Shown here: positions 33,148-43,110 of the stretch, piece after piece | How the letters are laid out: each line of letters opens with the position of its first letter | Position numbering within the stretch: the stretch's first letter is position 1 | Origin: Actinomycetales bacterium | Lineage (GTDB): Bacteria; Actinomycetota; Actinomycetes; S36-B12; UBA5976 | Direction: 5' to 3' | DNA: 64,000 nt | Assembly (NCBI GenBank): GCA_018969715.1 | Contig: JAGWXT010000001.1 | Coordinates: forward strand, 10,877-74,876 | The notes under the pieces: model-generated | Database searches by the model: none | Seen by the model: the letters and a program-made list of their open reading frames with translations, nothing else | Told to the model about the DNA's origin: nothing | Program-made: the position numbers and the translations under genes

Positions 33148-34257
33148 GTGTGGAAACTGCGTATCGCCATCGTGGGGGTTGCAGTTGCGATGCTGCTCCC
33201 TGTTCCGGTGAGTTCGATTGCGGCAACGAGCCCGAACATTCAAAGTGGGCAGTCTTGCGCCACCCCGTTGGACAGCACCACGGTCACCTCCGGTAAGGGC
33301 AAGAAGAAGCGAAGCTCGGTCTTCGTGTGCTGGCACAACCCATCTGCCCCCGACACCTGGTCGTGGGTCGCTTTCGACGCCACCAAGCACACCCCCTTCA
33401 ACACCCCCGCTTCGGCGACCTGGCAGAGAATCCCGACCCCTGCGCTCGGCGGGAATCCTCAACAGCTGCCCCAGGCTCAGGCAATCCTGACTCGATTGGC
33501 ATCAGAACTCGACAACTACTGGATCGAAGTCGACGTGGAGGGCGGGAAGAAGATAACCGCCGGTGTCTGGGCACCCAAGGGCGCTTCGAATCTTCCAGTG
33601 GTCGTCTACTACCACGGCACTGCGGGACTTCTTATCTGGGAGCAAGAGGTCGCAGCAGACCTCGCCAAGGGTGGCTTCGTGGTGGTGACCCCCATTTGGC
33701 ATGCGCGCACGAGATTCCAAGATGGCTTTTTCCCTGTCGCACGAATGCCTGGAATCGTGGAGAACGCGAGCAGTCCCGCATTCAGCGGAGCTAATCTTGA
33801 ACTAGCCCGCACGCTCCTGCCGGTGCTGACTGCGGCGATGGCTCAACCCGGTGTCAACCCCGCGAAGTTGGCGGTCGCGGGTAACTCACGCGGTGGAACA
33901 GTCGCACTGATCCAAGCGGCCACAACACCGGCCGTCAAAGCAGTCGTTGCCGTGGTGTCACCGTTCCTTCCGACTCAACTCAATTCACCGATGTTCAGGG
34001 GCGAGGTATGGGAGGTGCTTCCCAAGCAGGTGATCAAGAAGATCACACAACCCACCCTTGTTCTTGGCGCATCCAACGACGAAATGGTGCCACCGTCTAG
34101 CACGCAGGATTTCATCGCCGCGGTGACTGCCGCCGGTGCGGGCAACATTCAGTCGCAAGTGCTGAACGGGGTCCACGCGATGGCGTATTCCTTCAACTCG
34201 GGGACAGCACCACAGGTGCGACAGCTCACAATCGATTTCCTGAAGCGGAGTCTCTAG
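33148..34257 (+). CDS. Secreted alpha/beta hydrolase (dienelactone-hydrolase-like)
   Basis: Signal peptide MWKLRIAIVGVAVAMLLPVPVSSIAA and nucleophile elbow GNSRGG. Clearly more AT-rich than its surroundings. Confidence 0.65.
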   Translation: MWKLRIAIVGVAVAMLLPVPVSSIAATSPNIQSGQSCATPLDSTTVTSGKGKKKRSSVFVCWHNPSAPDTWSWVAFDATKHTPFNTPASATWQRIPTPALGGNPQQLPQAQAILTRLASELDNYWIEVDVEGGKKITAGVWAPKGASNLPVVVYYHGTAGLLIWEQEVAADLAKGGFVVVTPIWHARTRFQDGFFPVARMPGIVENASSPAFSGANLELARTLLPVLTAAMAQPGVNPAKLAVAGNSRGGTVALIQAATTPAVKAVVAVVSPFLPTQLNSPMFRGEVWEVLPKQVIKKITQPTLVLGASNDEMVPPSSTQDFIAAVTAAGAGNIQSQVLNGVHAMAYSFNSGTAPQVRQLTIDFLKRSL

Positions 34258-34757
34258 GTTTTCTGATTTCTGCGTGCTTTCCAGGTTCGCCTGACGCTGG
34301 CCTGTCTCCTTGGGTGGGTCACACACGAACCAGTGCATCACCCAAGAAGTGGAAACAGGACTGGCCGCGGCAACAACGCCTTTTCGCTAGTCGGGGTGGC
34401 GGTCTTTCTCCCCCTTGGCGCCCTCGAATGCGACTGCCGAGGCGTGCAGGACGCGCTCCTCAAGGGTGTCGTCGTGGATCCTCCGCCGACACCGCCATTG
34501 TTCACACGGGCGGACGGGTGGCGCTCAACGGTGCAAGAGTCGGCTCCCTCTTGTGCAAGTCGTCCCCTTCCCTCCTGGCCAGGCCGGTCATGGGGATGGA
34601 GGACGCACGAGGGGTGGGCTGGCAGCATCGGACGTGGCCGCACCGTGGTGTGCCAGGGCGATCCGGAACGTGGACTGATGGCGCGACTGCTGTGGCTAAG
34701 GTCGGCAGCAGTGCAGTCCGGGCTGCTGCGGGGGGCCGCCGCGTGAGAAGGGGATGA

Positions 34758-35525
34758 GTGAAGGTGCCGGCACGTCGGTCTCGCGTGGTGCGGACATCCG
34801 ATCGCCCGGCGGACCCGCAGGCGCTCGCCGATCGACTCGGGTGCGAGATCCCGGACGACCTCCTGCGCTGCGCCCTGACTCACCGGTCGTATGCCTTCGA
34901 GAACGGCGGGCTGCCGACGAATGAGCGGCTGGAGTTCCTCGGTGACTCCGTTGTTGGGTTCTGCATCACCCGCGAGATCTTCGCTCGGTATCCGGGACTG
35001 TCCGAGGGGGAGTTGAGCCGTCTGCGCGCGGCGACAGTGAGCGCGCGGGCGCTGGCCGGGGTGGCCCGCAGTATCGAGCTCGGGGACTACCTCTACCTCG
35101 GAGCGGGCGAGGGGGCGAGCGGCGGCCGTGACAAGGACTCGATTCTCGCCGACGCGTGTGAGGCGGTTATCGGTGCGGTCTTCCTCGCCTGCGGGTTGGA
35201 GCGGGTGGCCGAGGTCATCGACCAGCTGTTCGCTCCCCTGCTCGATGAGGGTGACAGCAACCGGGGTGGGCTGGATGCCAAGACCTCTCTGCAGGAGCTG
35301 GCCGCCACCCTCGGGGTCGCACAGCCGGAGTACCGGGTGCAGTGGGAGGGCCCCGATCAGGCGCCGCACTTCGTCGCGGAGGTGTGGTTTGCCGGTCGCT
35401 GCCTCGGACGGGGTGAGGGTCGGACGAAGAAGACCGCAGAGCAGCTGGCCGCGCGCGAGGCCCTCCAGCAGGTCGCGCCGGGCGTGCCCCCCGGGCCGGG
35501 CGTGCCCCCCGCGCCGGCCGGCTGA
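34758..35525 (+). CDS. rnc: Ribonuclease III
   Basis: RNase III signature NERLEFLGDSV and a C-terminal dsRBD (KTSLQELA...HFVAEV). Confidence 0.9.
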   Translation: MKVPARRSRVVRTSDRPADPQALADRLGCEIPDDLLRCALTHRSYAFENGGLPTNERLEFLGDSVVGFCITREIFARYPGLSEGELSRLRAATVSARALAGVARSIELGDYLYLGAGEGASGGRDKDSILADACEAVIGAVFLACGLERVAEVIDQLFAPLLDEGDSNRGGLDAKTSLQELAATLGVAQPEYRVQWEGPDQAPHFVAEVWFAGRCLGRGEGRTKKTAEQLAAREALQQVAPGVPPGPGVPPAPAG

Positions 35526-35539
35526 TCGGGGCGCCGTCC

Positions 35540-36445
35540 GTGCCGGAGCTGCCCGAGGTTGAAACCGTCCGGCGGGGGCTGGCCGCGATCCTGCCGGGCC
35601 GTCGGGTTGCCAGCGTTGCGGTCGAGCATCCCCGGGTGACCCGCCGGGGGGCGGGTCCGGGCACTGGGCAGGCGTTGCGCACCGGTGTCCGAGGGCGCAC
35701 GATCACGGCCGTTCACCGGCGGGGGAAGTTCCTCTGGCTGGACCTTGCCGGCCGCCCGCTGGTGGTCCACTTGGGGATGAGTGGGCAGGTGCTCCTCACG
35801 GGCAGCGCTGCCCCCGAGGTCCTCGTCCACAGCCGTGCGCACCGGCGGCTGCGGCTGCGGTTGGCACCCGATGATGCCGGGGAGCTGTGGTTCGTCGATC
35901 AGCGCACGTTCGGCTGGGCGCTGTTGGATGACTACGCCGATGTCCATGCGGTGTCGCCGGTGCCCCGGATCGCCGCGCATATCGCGGCCGACCCGCTCGA
36001 TACGGCCTTCGACATCAACGGGGTGCTGGCCCGCATCCGTGGTCGACGGGCGGGGATCAAGTCCGTCCTGCTGGACCAGACGGTGGTGTCGGGCATCGGC
36101 AACATCTATGCCGATGAGGCGCTGTGGCGGGCCCGGCTGCACTACGCCACACCCGCTCATCGGCTGCCCGCGGCCCGGGTGCGCACCCTGCTCGGCCACG
36201 TCACCGACATCTTTCAGGCCGCCCTCGGCAAGGGCGGCACCTCCTTCGACGCGCTCTACCGCGACGTCAATGGGCGCAGCGGCCGCTTCGCGGTCGACCT
36301 CGATGCCTACGGACGCGGGGGCCAGCCGTGTCGTCGGTGTGGTCGGTCACTGGTGCGCGAGCCGTTCGCCAACCGGTCCTCGGTGCGCTGCCCCCGCTGC
36401 CAGCGGCGGCCACGGGGGATGGCCGATCCGGTCGTCGGTGCGTGA
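35540..36445 (+). CDS. mutM: Formamidopyrimidine-DNA glycosylase
   Basis: N-terminal (M)PELPEVETVRRGL and a C-terminal zinc finger, CRRCG...CPRCQ. Confidence 0.9.
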   Translation: MPELPEVETVRRGLAAILPGRRVASVAVEHPRVTRRGAGPGTGQALRTGVRGRTITAVHRRGKFLWLDLAGRPLVVHLGMSGQVLLTGSAAPEVLVHSRAHRRLRLRLAPDDAGELWFVDQRTFGWALLDDYADVHAVSPVPRIAAHIAADPLDTAFDINGVLARIRGRRAGIKSVLLDQTVVSGIGNIYADEALWRARLHYATPAHRLPAARVRTLLGHVTDIFQAALGKGGTSFDALYRDVNGRSGRFAVDLDAYGRGGQPCRRCGRSLVREPFANRSSVRCPRCQRRPRGMADPVVGA

Positions 36446-36490
36446 TGACGGCAGCGCCGAACCGGTAGGGTCGGCCCCCGGAGGACATGC

Positions 36491-39400
36491 GTGCATCTGA
36501 CCAGCCTGACCCTGCGAGGGTTCAAGTCCTTCGCCACCTCCACCACCCTCACCTTCGAGCCGGGGATCACCGCCGTCGTCGGTCCGAACGGGTCTGGGAA
36601 GTCCAATGTCGTCGATGCGCTGGCCTGGGTGATGGGGGAGCAGGGAGCGAAGTCCCTGCGCGGGGGGGCGATGGCCGACGTCATCTTCGCGGGCACGGCC
36701 GGACGCGCCCCGCTGGGTCGCGCGGAGGTCGTGGTCAGCATCGACAACACCGATGGTGCGCTGCCGATCGAGTACAGCGAGGTGACGATCGCACGGACGC
36801 TGTTCCGCAACGGCTCCTCGGAGTATGCGATCAACGGTGCCGCCTGTCGGCTGCTCGACGTTCAGGAGCTGCTCAGCGACTCCGGGATCGGCCGGGAGAT
36901 GCACGTCATCGTCGGTCAGGGGCGCCTCGACTCGATCCTGCAGGCCTCACCCGAGGAGCGTCGCGGGTTCATCGAGGAGGCCGCGGGGGTGCTCAAGCAC
37001 CGCAAGCGCAAGGAGCGCGCCCTGCGCAAGCTGGAGGCGACCGAGGCGAACCTCACCCGCCTGGGTGACCTCACCGCCGAGCTGCGCCGCCAGCTCAAGC
37101 CGCTGAGCCGGCAGGCCGAGGTCGCGCGCCGGGCCAGCACGATCCAGGCCGAGGCGCGGGATGCCCGCCTGCGGCTGCTCGCGGCCGACCTCGTCGCCAT
37201 GCGCGTCCGGCTCGCCGCGGAGGTTGCCGACGAGACCGCCCTGCGGGAGCGGCAGGTGCGGGTGGAGGCCGATCAGGCCGCCGCCCTAGCCGAGCAGGCG
37301 CACCTTGAGGAGGAGCTGCGCACGGCCGCCCCAGGGGAGGCCCTCGCCCAGGAGACCTGGTACCGGCTGACCGGGCTGGCGGAGCGGCTGGCGGGGGTGC
37401 GCGCCCTCGCCATCGAGCGGCTGCGGATCCTTGGGGAGGATGCCGAGGACGACGCGCGCAGCTCCGCCGACCCGGTGCTGCTTGAGGAGCAGGCGGACGC
37501 CGTGCGCGCCCAGGCTGCCGAGCTCGCCACCGAGGTGGCGCGGGCGCGGGAGGGGCTGTCGACGGTTGTCGCGGCCCGCGCGCAGGCTGAGGCCGAGCAT
37601 GAGGCGGAGCGGGCGCGTCAGGTGGCGGTCGCCCGGGCGATCTCCGACCGACGGGAGGGGCTCGTGCGCCTTACCGGGCAGGTCACCGCGGCCCGGACCC
37701 GGCTGGAGGCGCGCGCCGCTGAGGGCGCCCGGCTGGCGGAGCATGTCAGCGCCGCCCGGTCGCGGGCCAATGAGGCACTCGCGGGCTTTCACGCCCTGGA
37801 GACCGATATCGCCGGGCTCAGTGACGGGGAGCGTGCCCTCGACGATGCCCATGAGCGCGCAGCCGCCGCGCAGCAGGAGGCCGCGGCCCGCGTCCGTGAT
37901 CTCGATGGGCGCGCCCAGCAGGCGGCGCGGGAGCGTGCGGCGCGATCAGCCCGGGCGGAGGTGCTCGAGCAGGCGGTGGCGCAGATCGCCGACGGTGCAA
38001 CGGCCCTGCTCAGCGAGCATCGGGATGGGGTTGTCGACTCGCTGTCGCGGCTGCTTGACGTGAGTCCCGGCTGGCAGACCGCCATCGCGGCCGCCCTCGG
38101 GCCGGCTGCCGATGCGCTGGCGGTGGCCGACCTGCCCAGCGCCAGTGCCGCCCTGAGCAGGCTGCACGATCTCGACACCGGGTCGGCGACGCTGCTGATC
38201 GCCGCGGCCGAGGCCGGCAGCGGGCCAGCGGCGAGTGTGGCCGCCGTTGAACCGGGGGCGATCGCCGCCGGCGATGTTGCCAGCGGGCGCGCCCCGGTCA
38301 CGGTTGCCGTCGCCGCCCTGCTCGCCGACACCGTTGTCGTGGCCGATCTCGACACCGCCGCCGGGGTCGTGGCGCGCCATCCCCAGGTGCGTGCGGTGAC
38401 CCGGCGCGGTGATGTCGTGACCGCCCGACTGGTCAGTGGGGGGGTGTCCCGGCGCCAGACCGTGCTCGAGGCGCGGGCCGCCGCCGATGAGGCCGGCCGT
38501 GAGCGCGATCAGGCGGTGGCGCAGGTGGAGAGCCTGCGGTTCGCCCTTGCCGCCGCGCGAGCCGAGGAGGAGCAGGCCGCCGTGGCGGTTGCGGCGGCCC
38601 TGGCCGACCTCAACGAGTCCGACGCTGCCGTCGCGGCGATCGCCGAACGCCTCGGCCTGCTCGGTGCGGAGGCGCGCACGGCGCGGGCACAGGCGGAGCG
38701 GCTTGAGGTGGCGCTGGCGGAGAATGCGGCCGCCCGCGCCGACGATGAGCGGGTGCTCGCCGAGCTCAGTGACCGCCTGCGCCTGGCCGAAGCCGAACCG
38801 GAGCCGGTCGGCTTGGACGCGGTGCTCGCCGAGCAGCAGGCGGGGGTGGTTGCCGCGGCCCGCCAGCAGGAGGTGGACGCGCGGCTGGTGGTGCGCACCG
38901 CCGAGGAGCGCCATGCGGCCCTCGTCCAGCGGGCCGAGGACCTCGCGCGGACGGCCCACAATGAGCGGCTCCTGCGCGAGCAGAGTGCGCAGCGCCGAGC
39001 CAGCCGGGAGCGCGCTCGGGCGGTGGCAGCGGAGGTGGCCGAGGCGGTGCAGGTGGTCGCCGTGCGGCTCACCGTCAGCGTGGAGCAGGCCGAGGCCGAA
39101 CGGGTTGCGGCGGTGCGATTGCGTGAGGAGCGGCAGGCCGCGCTCACCGCGGTGCGGGCGCGGGTGGCGGAGGTAAGCGCCGAGTACGACCGGCTGGTCG
39201 ACAGCGTCCACCGCGATGAGGTGGCGCGCACCGAGCAGCGGCTGCGCATCGAGCAGGCCGAGGCCCGCGGGATCGAGGAGCATGGGATCGACCCGGAGGC
39301 ACTCGTCGCCGAGTACGGCCCGCAGGTGCCGGTGTCGATCATCGATGCCCAGACGGGCGAGTCGGCGGGGAGCCGTCCATTCGACCAGGAGACCGAGGAG

Positions 39401-40045
39401 CGTCGGCTGCGCACCGCCGAGCGGGAGTTGCTCGCCCTCGGCCGCGTCAACCCGCTCGCCCTGGAGGAGTTCGCCGCCCTGGAGGAGCGCTCCCGCTTCC
39501 TCACCGAGCAGGTGGCGGACCTGCGGCGAGGCCGGGCCGACCTGCTGGAGGTGGTCCGCGAGGTCGACCACCGCCTTGAGACGGTGTTCGCCGAGGCCTT
39601 CGCCGACACCGCGCGCGCCTTCGAGGAGGTGTTCGCGACGCTGTTCCCCGGGGGCACCGGCGGGTTGGTGCTCACCGATCCGGAGAACCTGCTCACCACC
39701 GGGGTCGACCTGCTCGCCCGGCCAGCCGGTAAGCGGGTGAGCCGGCTGTCCCTGCTCTCCGGTGGGGAACGCTCACTCGCCGCGGCGGCGTTCCTGTTCG
39801 CCCTGTTCAAGGCACGGCCGAGCCCCTTCTACGTGCTCGATGAGGTAGAGGCGGCGCTCGACGATGCGAACCTGCAGCGGCTGCTGGCGGTGTACGAGGA
39901 GCTGCGCACCACCAGTCAGCTCATCATCATCAGCCACCAGAAGCGAACAATGGAGATCGCCGATGCGCTGTACGGGGTTGCCATGCGCGCCGACGGTGTG
40001 TCGACGGTGATCAGCCAGCGACTGCGGGAGGACCAGCCGGCATGA
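36491..40045 (+). CDS. smc: Chromosome segregation protein SMC
   Basis: 1184 aa with Walker A GPNGSGKSN, long coiled coils, signature LSGGE and Walker B FYVLDEVEAALD. Confidence 0.95.
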   Translation: MHLTSLTLRGFKSFATSTTLTFEPGITAVVGPNGSGKSNVVDALAWVMGEQGAKSLRGGAMADVIFAGTAGRAPLGRAEVVVSIDNTDGALPIEYSEVTIARTLFRNGSSEYAINGAACRLLDVQELLSDSGIGREMHVIVGQGRLDSILQASPEERRGFIEEAAGVLKHRKRKERALRKLEATEANLTRLGDLTAELRRQLKPLSRQAEVARRASTIQAEARDARLRLLAADLVAMRVRLAAEVADETALRERQVRVEADQAAALAEQAHLEEELRTAAPGEALAQETWYRLTGLAERLAGVRALAIERLRILGEDAEDDARSSADPVLLEEQADAVRAQAAELATEVARAREGLSTVVAARAQAEAEHEAERARQVAVARAISDRREGLVRLTGQVTAARTRLEARAAEGARLAEHVSAARSRANEALAGFHALETDIAGLSDGERALDDAHERAAAAQQEAAARVRDLDGRAQQAARERAARSARAEVLEQAVAQIADGATALLSEHRDGVVDSLSRLLDVSPGWQTAIAAALGPAADALAVADLPSASAALSRLHDLDTGSATLLIAAAEAGSGPAASVAAVEPGAIAAGDVASGRAPVTVAVAALLADTVVVADLDTAAGVVARHPQVRAVTRRGDVVTARLVSGGVSRRQTVLEARAAADEAGRERDQAVAQVESLRFALAAARAEEEQAAVAVAAALADLNESDAAVAAIAERLGLLGAEARTARAQAERLEVALAENAAARADDERVLAELSDRLRLAEAEPEPVGLDAVLAEQQAGVVAAARQQEVDARLVVRTAEERHAALVQRAEDLARTAHNERLLREQSAQRRASRERARAVAAEVAEAVQVVAVRLTVSVEQAEAERVAAVRLREERQAALTAVRARVAEVSAEYDRLVDSVHRDEVARTEQRLRIEQAEARGIEEHGIDPEALVAEYGPQVPVSIIDAQTGESAGSRPFDQETEERRLRTAERELLALGRVNPLALEEFAALEERSRFLTEQVADLRRGRADLLEVVREVDHRLETVFAEAFADTARAFEEVFATLFPGGTGGLVLTDPENLLTTGVDLLARPAGKRVSRLSLLSGGERSLAAAAFLFALFKARPSPFYVLDEVEAALDDANLQRLLAVYEELRTTSQLIIISHQKRTMEIADALYGVAMRADGVSTVISQRLREDQPA

Positions 40046-41208
40046 CCTTCGACACGACCGCACTTGTCATCGTGGCCGGCCTGTTGGCCGGGATCGGCCT
40101 GGGGGTGCTCGTCGCCCTCCGGCGTCGGCCGGCTTCCCCGGCTACCCCGGCCGCCCCCGTCCCGGCGGCCCCGGCTTCCCCGGCCCCCGCCCCGGACCCG
40201 GCGGCCCCGGCTTCCCCGGCCCCCGCCCCGGACCCGGCGGCCCCCGCCCCCGTCCCGGCGGCCCCCGCCCCCGTCCCGGCGGCCCCCGTCCCGGCCGCGG
40301 ATCGGCTCACGAGGTTGCGCGGCCGACTTGCGCGCGGGGGCGCCCTCGGCCGGGGCCTGCTTGGCCTGCTCTCCGCGGATCGCCTCGACGACGCAGCGTG
40401 GCAGCAGATCACCGACACCCTGGTGCTGGCCGATGTCGGCCGGGCCCCGAGTGAGGCCCTGGTCGCGCGGCTGCGCGATCAGGCAGCGGTCGCGGGGATC
40501 GCCGATGCCGGTGCCGCCCGTGAGCTGCTCCGCCGTGAGCTGCTCGCCAGCCTCGCCACCACGGCCGACCGCGGCCTCCACCTCGGGCCGGTCGCCCCGC
40601 CGCCGGCGGTGATCCTGGTCGTTGGCGTCAACGGCACCGGCAAGACCACCACCGTCGGCCGACTGGCGAGGCTGCTCACCGCCGAGGGTCATCAGGTACT
40701 GCTCGGGGCGGCCGACACCTTCCGTGCGGCAGCGGTTGAGCAGCTGCGCACGTGGGGTGATCGGGTCGGGGTGCCCGTCGTCTCCGGCGAGCCCGGCGCT
40801 GATCCGGCGTCGGTCACCTTCGCCGCGGTCAGCGCCGGCCGTGAGCAGCAGGCCGACGTCGTCCTGATCGACACCGCGGGCCGCCTGCACACCAAGACCT
40901 CACTCATGGACGAGCTGGCCAAGGTCGCCCGGGTGGCTGGGCGCGGGGGCACGGTCACCGAGGCGCTGCTCGTCCTCGATGCCACCACGGGGCAGAACGG
41001 GCTCACCCAGGCCCGGGTGTTCGCTGAGGCGGTCGGGCTGACCGGGGTGGTCCTGACCAAGCTCGACGGCACCGCCAAGGGCGGGATCGTTGTCGCGGTG
41101 CAGGCTGAGTTGGGGGTGCCGGTGAAGTTCATCGGCCTCGGGGAGGGTCCCGACGATCTGGCGCCCTTCGATGCCGAGGTCTTCGTCGACGCCCTGCTCG
41201 CCGACTGA
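40042..41208 (+). CDS. ftsY: Signal recognition particle receptor FtsY
   Basis: N-terminal TM segment and Pro/Ala repeat region, then GVNGTGKTTT, DTAGR and TKLDG. Confidence 0.9.
   Translation: MTFDTTALVIVAGLLAGIGLGVLVALRRRPASPATPAAPVPAAPASPAPAPDPAAPASPAPAPDPAAPAPVPAAPAPVPAAPVPAADRLTRLRGRLARGGALGRGLLGLLSADRLDDAAWQQITDTLVLADVGRAPSEALVARLRDQAAVAGIADAGAARELLRRELLASLATTADRGLHLGPVAPPPAVILVVGVNGTGKTTTVGRLARLLTAEGHQVLLGAADTFRAAAVEQLRTWGDRVGVPVVSGEPGADPASVTFAAVSAGREQQADVVLIDTAGRLHTKTSLMDELAKVARVAGRGGTVTEALLVLDATTGQNGLTQARVFAEAVGLTGVVLTKLDGTAKGGIVVAVQAELGVPVKFIGLGEGPDDLAPFDAEVFVDALLAD
40129..40299 (+). repeat. In-frame Pro/Ala tandem repeats (36 bp x2, 21 bp x2 plus partial) in the ftsY N-terminal linker
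   Basis: The translation is PAAPASPAPAPD x2, then PAAPAPV x2, then PAAPV. Confidence 0.8.
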
Positions 41209-41262
41209 CGCGCGCCGGCGATCGTGCGGTGCCACCACCGGCACCCGGCACGCGCTGGCGAC

Positions 41263-41278
41263 GTTACCTCCGGGAAAC
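41263..41278 (+). promoter_or_regulatory. Candidate GlnR-type box (GTTAC-n6-GAAAC) upstream of amt
   Basis: Exact match to the actinobacterial gTnAc-n6-GaAAc pattern, 150 nt upstream of the amt ATG. Confidence 0.35.
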
Positions 41279-41324
41279 ACCGCGGGGCGCACGGTGATCG
41301 CCCCGTAACGGGCGGGGCCGAACC

Positions 41325-41340
41325 GTCACCGTCCGGTAAT
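41325..41340 (+). promoter_or_regulatory. Second, weaker GlnR-type box (GTCAC-n6-GTAAT)
   Basis: Half-site pattern read directly, 88 nt upstream of the amt ATG. Confidence 0.25.
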
Positions 41341-41427
41341 CGGCATCCCGTTCGGGTGTAACCGATCCCGTCCATGCTCGCGGACGTCCTGCCAAATGAC
41401 GCTGCTCAGAAAGGAGTGTGCGCGGGA

Positions 41428-43091
<1,664 letters not shown>

Positions 43092-43110
43092 GAACGCGAG
43101 AGGAGATCGG

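Noticed and set aside
34284-34295. A possible fourth, degenerate att-like copy (GGTTCGCCTGAC) near the right end of the island
   Set aside because: Only about 12 nt resemble the T-arm region of the repeats. That is too short and too diverged to distinguish from chance.
34338-35369. 343-aa minus-strand ORF across the island/rnc boundary
   Set aside because: It lies antisense to rnc, which carries the RNase III signature, and has no motifs of its own.
37946-39810. 541-aa and 433-aa minus-strand ORFs inside smc
   Set aside because: They lie antisense to a gene with complete SMC signatures. Their translations are repetitive R/A/S-rich sequence.
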